Positions 10,922-20,811 of a stretch of 64,000 nucleotides of DNA are shown here, in pieces; the stretch's first letter is position 1, and the number at the start of each line of letters is the position of its first letter. A program made the translations under genes and the position numbers. This DNA is from Carpediemonas membranifera BICM (taxonomy: Eukaryota; Protista; Fornicata): NCBI GenBank assembly GCA_019828565.1, contig JAHDYR010000012.1:1359780-1423779 (forward strand), written 5' to 3'. Below the pieces are notes generated by a model. It saw nothing but the letters and a program-made list of their open reading frames with translations. It had not been told where the DNA came from and made no database searches.

Positions 10922-11042
10922 TCTCTCTTCTGATAAACATGTATACATACGGGCGGTATCGTTTACATAGGTCGGGGTCACCTTATCGCAGTTATGTGTC
11001 GGCGAATCGAGAGTATCCATGGTCTGACACGCTTATCATGTC

Positions 11043-11187
11043 TGTGCTGCGCAGGATTAGAATTGTTGAGTCCAAAACACACAGTGATCCAAGCAGCATC
11101 AGGATCGCAGTGTGGTTCATCATACTCTATCAATCGTGCGCTGCATATCACGCGCCGCTGCAGCGCGTGCTTGCTCAACTTAGCAAG
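11043..11187 (-). ncRNA. Putative Fanzor omegaRNA scaffold
   Basis: Consecutive stems directly 3' of the stop: CTTGCT/AGCAAG (11170-11187), CACGCGC/GCGCGTG (11149-11169; alternative pairing GCGCTGCA/TGCAGCGC), and CACAC-GTGATCC/GGATCGC-GTGTG (~11077-11114). The position matches TnpB/Fanzor guide-RNA loci. Confidence 0.5.
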
Positions 11188-13041
11188 TTAATGATAGCGA
11201 GGAAGAGCACCTCTCTGGGAGTCGTAGTGGAAAGGAGATTGCTCTATCTGATCTGAAGTTGCATCGTAGATGCACCAAAAGATGTTCTCGCTGGCGCTCT
11301 TATCTCGGTGAGAGAGATTGAGAAGAATGTCTCTCTGCTCGGGATGCCGACGTAGCCGTTCAACGCGCCATGGAGCTCCCTCGCACGCGGGATTCTGGCA
11401 GAGCATGGTGCGGTGTGTGTGCACCACACGTCGGAAGTGTGATTTGCAGTATGGGCACACGATGGAAGTGCGGAATTCGGAGATTATGCCAGGAAGAGCT
11501 CGAGCAAAGTGGCGGTACGGAGCACAGGAGGGAGTGCCGGCGGAACCGAACAGTGCAGCCCCATACGCGACTTCGAGATGAATGGGCTCCGGGGGGCGCC
11601 CGCCGAGATCATCCAGGAGTTGACGTCCAGCCCGGGCGAAGTGCTTCAGGCGCAGACAGTGATTGGCAAAAGTAGCACGGCGGAAACACTTTCTCGTCCC
11701 CTCGTTGATGATCTGAACGATATTCTCATGGACAAACCTAATCGACTGTTTGAGAGCCTCTAGACTTGTCGTTTTGAACGATGCTGCGCTCATATTCACG
11801 CGGAAAGAGGGGGTGGCAGTGTAGCCACACTTAGCGAGTACGCCAGATACACTCTGCCCGTCTGGGCGGCGGATCGTGTAGCCGCCCAGCGACCGAGCAC
11901 CAGGGTCGAAGCCCATGCGAGCTTGAATGTCCTGGGCAGGAGTAGCCTCGGCGTCATCCTGACCGAGCCGAGCCCGCTTGTTATTGCTACCCTTTTTGTA
12001 CGTGGGCCGGTCAGCCACCCGACCGCCACGGTATTTCTCGCGACCCACCCAAACCGTCACAGCAACAGAGACCCCGTCTGTCTTCACAGAGAGCACTCTG
12101 CGGAGCTTGGTGATGTCGCCGTGATCACGCTCGTATCTATCAACCTGCTCAGTGGTCTAGTTGCTCTTCGCTGACCAATCTTGATAGACACGGAGGCGCC
12201 TCTTCATCGCTGGGGTGAGCGACATATGACCGTACTCGATGGTCATGAACCCAGGCCTGACCGGTGCCATCGGAATGAGCTTCGGCTCTGGCAGGGCCTG
12301 ACTGAGCTCGAGGTTCACGGCACGAGTGAGTGTGACCAGCTTGGTCACTGCAGCACTCATGCGCGTGACGCACGACAGCACGCCGACGAGGGCCTCGGCC
12401 ACGGTACCAGTGCGACCCACCCGTTGCCCCTCGGGCGATGCATGCATTTGAGGATGATACCTGTCATGATCGGCGGCTATGGCGGCAACCTCAGTGTCGA
12501 GCTCGCCTAGGGTGTCGAGACAATCCTGTCGAACACCCGGCTGATCATGGAGGAGCGGACGCACCCGTTCTAATCCAGCACGAAGACGGGTCAGGTACCC
12601 GGGTGACGCGCGCGAGAGCCAGACCCGGGTGGCTGTGGAGTACTCACCCAACCAGCTCTGAAATGGCGCTGCAATTCCAACGTAGGCTTCCCTGAAGTCC
12701 TCGACGAGTGGGGTTATGTCAGGGTCCCTCCACATCGCCAGGTCGCCAATCCACCTGCACCGATCCGCTGCCTTTGCCTTGGACTCTCTTCCCTTGGCAA
12801 TGCTGACGATCTGCGCGAGGACCTCCTGGTCGAACAGGTTGACCGTCCTCGGTGGGGTCAACGCGTGCGCAGATGCAGAGACGCACGCAAGCAGGCAAGT
12901 GAATGTGTACTTAGCCTGCGTGAAAGAACGCATGCTGGGTTCAAGATTTCCTCGCCGCGGCGCGTTGTTATCACCTCCGCCGTTAATCTCGCCAATGGCC
13001 TTGTTAACGGAAGCCTTCACCGTGCATATCTTGGAAGGCAT
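11188..13041 (-). pseudogene. Fanzor1-type (eukaryotic TnpB) RNA-guided endonuclease, ~617 codons, with one in-frame TAG at 12157-12159
   Basis: The two track ORFs are in the same frame and separated only by TAG. Motifs: KTDGVSV, RuvC-I GFDPG, VAYGAALFG, RuvC-II ISEFRTS, zinc ribbon CPYC..CQNPAC, RuvC-III RDKSASENI. Confidence 0.9.
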
Positions 13042-13524
13042 CGGAGTCTATTGAGCTGCCTGCATCGATCATTTCTTTTCAGGGTTCATCAGCTAGCAGC
13101 ATCCCTCAAAACACAAGAAACCAGCATCATACAGCACAAAGCGTCTTTACTACCAGCTACAACCGCTTTCCACCACTAGTGTCTCTCACAACAGACTAAG
13201 ATGACGAAGACGACGACGACATGAGCTTCAGACGCCGGCAATGGACGACAGATGAGCGCGTAAACAGACGAGCACAGACGCGAAAGAAGACAGCAGCGTT
13301 CGACACAGACGATGGACGACAGACAACGCATCTTTTCGTGCAGACCGACGACTGAAAGCACGAAAGCCCGATGGTACAGACGAGGGCTGAAGTGGGTGAG
13401 TGGAGGTAGTGTGCTGCGCAGGATTAGAATTGTTGAGTCTAAATACCATGTCATCATGTCCATACCGTAAGCTGCGAACACACTTTGCATGCTTAGAAAG
13501 AGCTCAAAGCCCTCCAGAACACTA

Positions 13525-14086
13525 ATGGTGAACAAGAGAATGCTAATGGATGTCAGAAAGCTCCAGATGGGCAGTTACAAGGTACATATGAATGGCGATA
13601 GGCTTGATGATTTCGTTTGTGCCCCTGATCAGTCTAACGCAGTACGTCTGGTTTGATGGACCAAAAGAGAGCCCCTATGAAGGCGGCAGATGGAAAGTAC
13701 ACGTCCAGTTGCCCGAGAATTATCCGTATCGTTCGCCCTCGATCGGTTTCACGTCGAGGATATTCCACCCAAACATCGACGAGGCATCAGGCTCCGTCTG
13801 CCTCGACGTGATCAACCAGACATGGTCCCCAATGTATGGTTTGAACAACATCTTCGACATCTTCCTCCCGCAGCTGATGCTCTACCCAAATCCCGCAGAC
13901 CCGCTCAATGGCACGGCGGCTGCCTTGATGCTCAAGGACCAGCAGGCATACGCCAAACGGGTCAAGGAGCACATGCGGCAGCACGGCACCCTGCTTCTTG
14001 AGGCGGACGACGATGCAGACACTGATGATGCTGACGCGTCCGAGCTGAGCGACGTGAGCAGCGCGTACAGCTCAGATTCCGACTAA
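13525..14086 (+). CDS. UBE2H: Ubiquitin-conjugating enzyme E2 H (Ubc8-like); exons 13525-13614 and 13643-14086
   Basis: Removing the 28-nt intron GTTTGT..CTAACGCAG gives [31 protein letters not shown]. Active site [23 protein letters not shown]; acidic tail. Confidence 0.95.
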
Positions 14087-14326
14087 CCTTCATCGGCTTT
14101 GAAAGCGTATGAACGGACTCATAAATATGCGGCGCGTTTCGACTTCGGCGAAGTCAGGAGAGCAGCTGCCGTGGGATCAAAAATCAATCGAATTGCGATC
14201 CCCATCATATTGATCAACAAGCGATGGGCCGTCTCATGCCAGACTTTTTTCATCCTATTTACGTGATTTATGTGATTTATGGGATTGTGCACAGAGTCGC
14301 GTGTTGAGCGTGTCTGAACTTAATGC

Positions 14327-15340
14327 ATGGGAGAAAGCACAGTCACGACAAACGTTGCATGTGGATCTCTGTATATTCTATCAGTTTATGCCTCTTCGCT
14401 CGAGAAGCAAGTTCTTAAGCCTCGAAAGACGACCATTTTTCGTGCTGCGTCGCGTGCGCCGCTCTCACAGCAGCCAAAACCCACAAATCCAGCTCCTGCT
14501 CCAAGTATGGATCCGCCCTCCGAGCCAAACCCCGAAAATCCGAAGCGAGAACGCAAAACGCCATCGAGAAATAGCAGGGCTCTGGCCAACAAGGATTCCC
14601 GTGGCAACAAGACGAAGTCCTTGAACAGAGCCGTTGAAATGTGCAATACTGTGCTGAAGGACCGCGGCGTCGTCATCCGGGGCACCAAGTGGGAGCAACT
14701 CATCTACCTCTCCTGCGCCTACACCACCATCGCCGGAGAAAGCGCCCACCTTGCACCCTTCCTCGCCATCATGGACGACCTCAGGGAGTGCTCCTACGTC
14801 TGCGCGGATCTTGAGTTCAAGGCCCGTTTTTGCGCCATCGTGGACCAGTTCGAGCACTTTATCCCGGTCCAGCAGACCACCGCCAGCACGGAGCCGTCAG
14901 AGTTGTTCATACGGATCGAGGAGCACTACGACGAGATCGACCTTGGCTTTGACGGCCGCTCGGCCTATGTGAAGGAGCGGAAGTACACCGACCAGCGCAC
15001 GGCCGTCCGCATATGGGTCTCCTCTGCCGTGGCTGCCCAGGCACTGGTTCTCGTCTCGGAGCAGGACACGTTGAGGACGTACATGAAGGAGAACGCGGCA
15101 CGAAAGGTTGGCCATAAGTTTGCTGTGAAGCAGAAGGAAGTGATCGACTGCATCCGGGTCCGCCTCGAGGCCATGCTCGGACCCGAGATCGCGGGGGTCG
15201 AGCCGATCGTCGAGACACCACGGGTACAGAAGATCATCGAGGGCGACCAGCCCCCAGCCCTGTCGCAGGCCCCGGCGGTAGTGGGGCCCGCAGCAGGTGA
15301 GCCAGAAGAGGAGGAGCCGTACGTGGCACGGATAACATGA
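14327..15340 (+). CDS. Hypothetical protein (true start may be ATG 14507)
   Basis: Long ORF with host codon bias, followed by a TAAA-type motif like the neighbouring genes; no domain recognised. Confidence 0.65.
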   Translation: MGESTVTTNVACGSLYILSVYASSLEKQVLKPRKTTIFRAASRAPLSQQPKPTNPAPAPSMDPPSEPNPENPKRERKTPSRNSRALANKDSRGNKTKSLNRAVEMCNTVLKDRGVVIRGTKWEQLIYLSCAYTTIAGESAHLAPFLAIMDDLRECSYVCADLEFKARFCAIVDQFEHFIPVQQTTASTEPSELFIRIEEHYDEIDLGFDGRSAYVKERKYTDQRTAVRIWVSSAVAAQALVLVSEQDTLRTYMKENAARKVGHKFAVKQKEVIDCIRVRLEAMLGPEIAGVEPIVETPRVQKIIEGDQPPALSQAPAVVGPAAGEPEEEEPYVARIT

Positions 15341-15567
15341 TACACGGTATGATAAATATCAATGTGCGTGGGTTGACCCTGTCGTTCAGCAAGCAGGGCG
15401 AGACTGCGGTCCGCCGTTCTTAGCTATCCGAGCGCATGAAGCAAGTTTAGTGAACAGTGTGTATGAATATGCTGAGGAACTTCTGTTGATGAGAGTATTG
15501 CTCTTGACTGTACTCTTGACACGTCAGGCCGTGTCACAGTTTCGCAGTTTTAGGACCAAAATCTGAA

Positions 15568-16152
15568 ATGAACAAGATCTTCTTCAGTTTGGTTCTTGTG
15601 GCCCTTGTCGCCGGCGTTTTTGCCGAGCCTCGTGTTACTAACCGTGTCTACTTTGACATCAGCATCGGAGACGAACCGATTGGACGTATCGTCATGGGTT
15701 TGTTCGGCGATGTCGTTCCCAAGACCGCTGAGAACTTCCGTGCCCTTTGCACTGGCGAGAAGGGCTTCGGTTACGAAGGGTCCATCTTCCACCGTGTCAT
15801 CTCCTCCTTCATGATCCAGGGCGGCGACTTCACCAACTTCAACGGCACCGGCGGCAAGTCCATCTACGGCCCCCGCTTCCCCGATGAGAACTTTGATATC
15901 AAGCACTTCGTTGGCGCTCTTTCCATGGCTAACGCCGGCCCCAACACCAACGGCTCGCAGTTCTTCATCACGACTGCCAACACTCCCTGGCTCAACGGCA
16001 AGCACACCGTCTTCGGCAAGATCATGGAGGGCATGGATATTGTGAAGACCATCGAGGCGACCCAGACGGACCGGATGGACAAGCCCCTCAAGGAGGTCAA
16101 GATCGTGGCCAGCGGCGAGCTCATCGACAGCACCCCCACCGACGAGTTGTAA
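15568..16152 (+). CDS. PPIB: ER cyclophilin (peptidyl-prolyl isomerase B)
   Basis: Signal peptide, [38 protein letters not shown], and a C-terminal TDEL retention signal. Confidence 0.96.
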   Translation: MNKIFFSLVLVALVAGVFAEPRVTNRVYFDISIGDEPIGRIVMGLFGDVVPKTAENFRALCTGEKGFGYEGSIFHRVISSFMIQGGDFTNFNGTGGKSIYGPRFPDENFDIKHFVGALSMANAGPNTNGSQFFITTANTPWLNGKHTVFGKIMEGMDIVKTIEATQTDRMDKPLKEVKIVASGELIDSTPTDEL

Positions 16153-16393
16153 AGAGTATTATGAATGTGTGGCATGGGGTGCCTGCTTGAAGGCATTGTC
16201 TTGTCAAGCGAGGCGACCCCCGTGTGTGGATGGCAGGATAAGGCTGTAGAATGATGATAACGGCGGGTTTATAGGGCACACCCACTGGAATGCTGGCATA
16301 GCCGACCGCATTCAGTACGTCAACCCGATTGATTTGGGCTATGCGTAAACTGCACATCGAATTGATCTTCGCCGCAGACAAGCACAAGACACG

Positions 16394-18109
16394 ATGTCGG
16401 CAGAAAAGAAAGCTCTTGGCGTAGCCGCCTTCAGTGCTGGAAACTACGCTGATGCTGAGAAGTATTTCACTGAAGCTATTGAAATGGACCCCACGAACCA
16501 CCTCCTCTTCGGAAACCGCGCTGCGGTGTTCGCTAAGGTTGGCAACTACGAGAAGTCTCTTGCTGATGCGCAGCGCTCTGTTGAGATTGCCCCGAATTAT
16601 GCCAAGGGCTACAACCGCGTTGCCACCGCCTACCAGTATCTCAACAAGGTCGACGAAGCCATCGAGGCCGTCGAGAATGGCCTCAAGGCCTGCCCCGGCG
16701 ACGCCTCTCTCACCCAGCTCGGCGACCAGCTTCGCCAGTCGGCCATGAGCGGCGCCATCATGGGCCTCTTCCAGCAAGCATTCGCCAGAGACCCCAGCCT
16801 CGCCCAGGATGCCGAGGTCTCCGGCCTCATGCAGGAGATGCAGTCCCAACCCCACCGCATCGGCGAGTTCATGCAGGACCCCCGCATGCGGCGTGTGGCA
16901 TCCGTTGCCCTGAGCGGCATGACCGGCCCCGACCAGGCCCAGGCCCAGGAAGGCGTCAGGACCTGCCCTAGGACAGGCAAACCGTGCGGATGTGCCCACC
17001 ACGACGACCACGAGTGCCACTGCCACGAGGCCCCGCGGTCTGCTCCTGAGCCCACACCCGCCCCGGCGGCCGCCCCCCAGCCCGAGCCGGAGCCTCTCAG
17101 CGAGGAGGAGAAGCTCAAGCAGGAAGCTGATGCCGTGAAGGACGAGGGCAACAAGCTGTACAAGGCGCGCCAGTTCGACGAGGCTATTGCGAAGTACGAC
17201 GCGGCCATCTCAATACTGGACCTCAGCGCCTTCCACCTCAACAAGGCTGCGGTGTTCATGACCATGGACCGTCTCGAGGAGGCGATGGCCGAAGCGAAGG
17301 AGGCTGAGCGTATCGCGTGGGACCGTCGTGACACGCCCCTCCAGAAGAACAAGTGTCTCACCCGTATCGGCGCCATCCTCGAGAAGATGGACCGGCTGCC
17401 CGAGGCGATCGACATGTACAACAAGGCGCAGCTGGAGCACCGCGAGAAAACTACGCTGGCGAAGCTGCGGGCCGCGGAGAAGCGGCTGCGTGTGTGGAAG
17501 GAGGAGCAGTACAAGGACCCAGAGAAGGCCGCCGAGGCCAAGGCAGAGGGAAACAGGCTCTTCTCCGCGCAGGATTACCCCGCCGCGATTAAGGCGTTTA
17601 CCGAGGCGATCAAGCGGGACCCGTCGGTGGCCATTTACTACAGCAACAGGGCTGCCTGCTACCTGAAGCTCATGGAGTACCGCCTGGCCGAGCAGGACTG
17701 CGAGAAGGCGCTGGAGATCGACCCCAACGCAGTGAAGGCCCTCCTACGTATGGGCAGGGCGCAGTTCTTGACCAAGCGCTACCACAAGTCCCTCGACACA
17801 TTCCAGAAGGCCGCGGCGCTCGATGGAACTAACCAGGAGGTGCAGCAGGGCCTTAACGACACCGCCCAGCAGATTATGCGGCTCCAGACTGGCCAGATGC
17901 CCGCCGACGAGGTCGCAATGGTCCGGGAGGCGTCCCTCCAGGACCAGGAGGTCAAGGACATCGTCGAGGACCCCGCGATGGCCCAGATCCTCCAGAGCAT
18001 GGCCAACCCGCAGGCCATGCAAGAGCACATGAAGAACCCCCTCATCGCGGCCAAGATCTCCCGGCTGATTGCCGCGGGTATGGTCCAGACGGGGTCCCAG
18101 CCCATGTAA
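16394..18109 (+). CDS. STIP1: STI1/HOP Hsp70-Hsp90 organising protein
   Basis: TPR1-DP1-TPR2A-TPR2B-DP2 layout: KDEGNKLYK, YSNRAACYLKL, DPAMAQILQSM..LIAAG. Confidence 0.95.
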   Translation: MSAEKKALGVAAFSAGNYADAEKYFTEAIEMDPTNHLLFGNRAAVFAKVGNYEKSLADAQRSVEIAPNYAKGYNRVATAYQYLNKVDEAIEAVENGLKACPGDASLTQLGDQLRQSAMSGAIMGLFQQAFARDPSLAQDAEVSGLMQEMQSQPHRIGEFMQDPRMRRVASVALSGMTGPDQAQAQEGVRTCPRTGKPCGCAHHDDHECHCHEAPRSAPEPTPAPAAAPQPEPEPLSEEEKLKQEADAVKDEGNKLYKARQFDEAIAKYDAAISILDLSAFHLNKAAVFMTMDRLEEAMAEAKEAERIAWDRRDTPLQKNKCLTRIGAILEKMDRLPEAIDMYNKAQLEHREKTTLAKLRAAEKRLRVWKEEQYKDPEKAAEAKAEGNRLFSAQDYPAAIKAFTEAIKRDPSVAIYYSNRAACYLKLMEYRLAEQDCEKALEIDPNAVKALLRMGRAQFLTKRYHKSLDTFQKAAALDGTNQEVQQGLNDTAQQIMRLQTGQMPADEVAMVREASLQDQEVKDIVEDPAMAQILQSMANPQAMQEHMKNPLIAAKISRLIAAGMVQTGSQPM

Positions 18110-18804
18110 GCATGTAAATCGTTCCGTAGATGACGAGTGTTGAGCGGGGTGCCTCTTGTGCGTCATGTCCCTGTGATCTGATCCAAGATATGGTACCACA
18201 TTTTGTATCTCAAGATTGATGGAGTGACATCACTAACCGAGCATATTCGGGTGCTGTATGAAGGTCATGTAGCACCACAGTGGCTGTTAGTGGTGTCACT
18301 TCACCAACCTGAAATGCGTGGTCATTAGTGCCAAAGCATCACACCCTAATCCAGCACCCGATGTCTACCATTGACGACACGAGGCCGTCGGTGTCATACG
18401 TGGCGAGGATAACCGTGGTTGCCTCATTGGTAGCTGCCATATGCGGTGGGCCAACCCTGATTGTCAGCAGATTCTAGTGCAATCAGGATGACTTGGGAGT
18501 ATAAACCGCAGAGACGGGTTTCCTGACGCTGTATTGGCGTCCACCAGTAGCTATACAGGCAGTTTCCCTGCCCGCCATCATTGATACGGCCGCCCATCAA
18601 TATCACGATTTCTGGATTGAATCTGCAGGAGAAAATCGCAACCCAAGTCATACGTTCCCGTCGTCATTTTTCTACATTTAATTGCCATTTAGGAGTCTAT
18701 TCATGCGCCCCAACGTCGGCCATCGTTTGATTCGGGATCGCGCAAAAAGTCGAATTTTTTTTTCATGCTGCAGGCCAGTGAAGCGAGTGAAAGAGCCCGA
18801 GCGC

Positions 18805-20082
18805 ATGGTATTCTACTTTTCGAGTGAAGCTGTTGGTGAAGGCCATCCTGATAAGATCTGTGACCAGATTTCGGATTCCATCCTTGACGCCTGCCTTGCC
18901 CAGGATCCCAATTCGCGTGTTGCCATTGAAACTTGCTGCAAAGGCAACAGCATCACTCTCAACGGTGAGATCTCCACCCTTGCGAACATCAACTACATGG
19001 AGATTGTCCGCGAAACCGTGAAGAAGATTGGATACGACTCTGCGGAGAAGGGCCTCGACCCAGACAACATTGTGTACTCCATCAACGTCTCTGCCCAGTC
19101 CCCCGACATTGCGCAGGCCGTGGACAAGAAGATGAGCAACGTTGTCGACCGTACCAAGCTCCTTGGCGCCGGTGACCAGGGCATCATGTTCGGCTATGCC
19201 ACCGACGAGACTGCGGAACGTATGCCCCTCACCCACCAGCTTGCCATGAAGCTGATCATCCGCCTCAGCCAGGAGCGCCGTGGCGTCGACTGGTGCGACC
19301 GCATCTTCCCCGATTGCAAGGCGCAAGTGTCTGTCCGTTACGAGGGCCGCTCGCCCATGTCCGGCCACATCAAACCGCTCAAGGTCGATAACGTGGTCAT
19401 CAGCACGCAGCACAACAAGAACACCGATCTGAACGAGCTTCGCGACCTCCTCCGCAAGATCATCGCAGAGGTTCTCGGCGACCTGTTTGTGCCCGAAGAC
19501 GTCAAGGATGAGAGCGGCAAGGTCATCTCGAAGGCCACCGAGCTCTACCTCAACCCCTCGGGCCGTTTCATCATCGGCGGGCCCGCTGCTGATGCCGGCC
19601 TCACAGGCCGCAAGATCATCGTCGATACGTACGGTGGCTGGGGCTCCCACGGCGGCGGCGCGTTCTCCGGCAAGGACAGCACGAAGGTGGACCGGTCTGC
19701 ATGCTATGCCGCCCGATGGATTGCCCGCTCGCTCGTGGACAACCGGCTGTGCAACAGGGCCCTCATCGAGCTCTCGTACAGCATTGGTATCACCCACCCC
19801 ACCTCCATCTGCGTCGAGGACTTCGGCACGTCTAAGTGCGGCCCCGAGAAGCTGCTTGAGATCGTCAACGCGAACTTCGACCTCTCCCCGGCCAATATCA
19901 TCAGTGAGCTGCGTCTGACTGACCACAAGGCCGTCAAGTACTACCAGACGGCGAGGTTCGGTCACTTTGGCCACCACAACCTCCCCGGATCAGAGACGGC
20001 GTTCCCTTGGGAGGTTTCCAAGGAACTTAAGGGTCTTGAGGGGGTGGAGCTCGTCGACCTGGCAGATATTACGAGGCGTTAG
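18805..20082 (+). CDS. MAT: S-adenosylmethionine synthetase (methionine adenosyltransferase)
   Basis: SEAVGEGHPDKICDQISD, GAGDQGIMFGYA, GRFIIGGP..GLTGRKIIVDTYGG, GGGAFSGKD. Confidence 0.98.
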   Translation: MVFYFSSEAVGEGHPDKICDQISDSILDACLAQDPNSRVAIETCCKGNSITLNGEISTLANINYMEIVRETVKKIGYDSAEKGLDPDNIVYSINVSAQSPDIAQAVDKKMSNVVDRTKLLGAGDQGIMFGYATDETAERMPLTHQLAMKLIIRLSQERRGVDWCDRIFPDCKAQVSVRYEGRSPMSGHIKPLKVDNVVISTQHNKNTDLNELRDLLRKIIAEVLGDLFVPEDVKDESGKVISKATELYLNPSGRFIIGGPAADAGLTGRKIIVDTYGGWGSHGGGAFSGKDSTKVDRSACYAARWIARSLVDNRLCNRALIELSYSIGITHPTSICVEDFGTSKCGPEKLLEIVNANFDLSPANIISELRLTDHKAVKYYQTARFGHFGHHNLPGSETAFPWEVSKELKGLEGVELVDLADITRR

Positions 20083-20143
20083 AGTTAAATGTTCGGGACA
20101 AGTTTTTTATGATTATGCAGGTTAAGGACTGTAGGCTGGAGAG

Positions 20144-20615
20144 ATGGTTACACTATGCATGATCGGGCTCATGAGATGCCCTCTTGCTGACACACATGAG
20201 GTACAAGATCTTATGAACGAGAAGAAGCTTGTTGTGGAGCATGGTTTGTGTTTTCCATTGATTTCTCTCATATAGACGACAAGCTGCAAATTGTGGATCT
20301 TGAGAACCACCAGACCTTCGTCCCCGGTTTCATCCGCACGATCTGCGAGCGCATTGGCTACGATAACGTCGAGAACTACATCCGCACGGTCAGTCGCACA
20401 TCATTTCACTAACGCAGCTTTTCACCGTCCCCGAGGGCTTTCCCCACCTCACAGAAGAGTCCATAGCCGACGAGGAGGTCGCTATGTTCCTCCATGAGCA
20501 CATGCTCAACAAGGACATCGTCTTTGGCAGTGTCCGCTGCCCCGAGTGCGGCGCGGCGTATGCCGTGAAGGAATCCATCATTCACATGCTCGACGACGTC
20601 AGCACGGCCCACTAA
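20144..20615 (+). CDS. TRMT112: TRM112 methyltransferase activator; exons 20144-20243, 20276-20388, 20418-20615 (absent from the ORF track)
   Basis: Introns of 32 nt (GTTTGT..ATAG) and 29 nt (GTCAGT..CTAACGCAG). The spliced product contains FVPGFIRTICERI and FLHEHMLNKDIVFGSVRCPECGAAYAVKESIIHML. Confidence 0.85.
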
Positions 20616-20811
20616 GGCAGTCACAGGACCGGCAGGGTAAATATTATATCGGCCGTTGATTGGGTGGTGGAGAACGTCGTTGTGGAGTTCCTAAGAGCCT
20701 TTGAACGCAGCGCCCGCAAGGGCAATGTGGCGCGTGTTGATATTTGCAGACAGGGTGCATGTGAGGCAATGCATGAGGCCGTGATCCGTGTCGAGGTCAT
20801 TGACGCAGATA

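Larger units (their letters stand above)
11043..13448. mobile_element. Fanzor-carrying element bounded by 39-bp TG..CA direct repeats (11043-11081, 13410-13448)
   Basis: The first 30 bp of the repeats are identical (TGTGCTGCGCAGGATTAGAATTGTTGAGTC). TGTC flanks both sides (11039-11042, 13449-13452). Alternative reading: 8-bp duplication ATCATGTC (11035-11042, 13453-13460). Confidence 0.7.

Noticed and set aside
12157-12159. TAG read as Gln (hexamitid-type genetic code) to make the Fanzor intact
   Set aside because: Conserved host genes end at TAA/TAG at the expected positions (eIF2-alpha, BBS1, cyclophilin), so the code is standard.
11043-13439. 30-bp repeat as a CRISPR-like repeat or a pure long TSD
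   Set aside because: Only two copies, 2.4 kb apart. Equal-length TG..CA ends plus an outer short duplication fit element termini better, although a long TSD is not fully excluded.
5876-19977. Long antisense ORFs over eIF2-alpha, BBS1, STI1 and MAT (e.g. 18763-19977)
   Set aside because: Shadow ORFs expected from strong GC3 codon bias on the coding strand.
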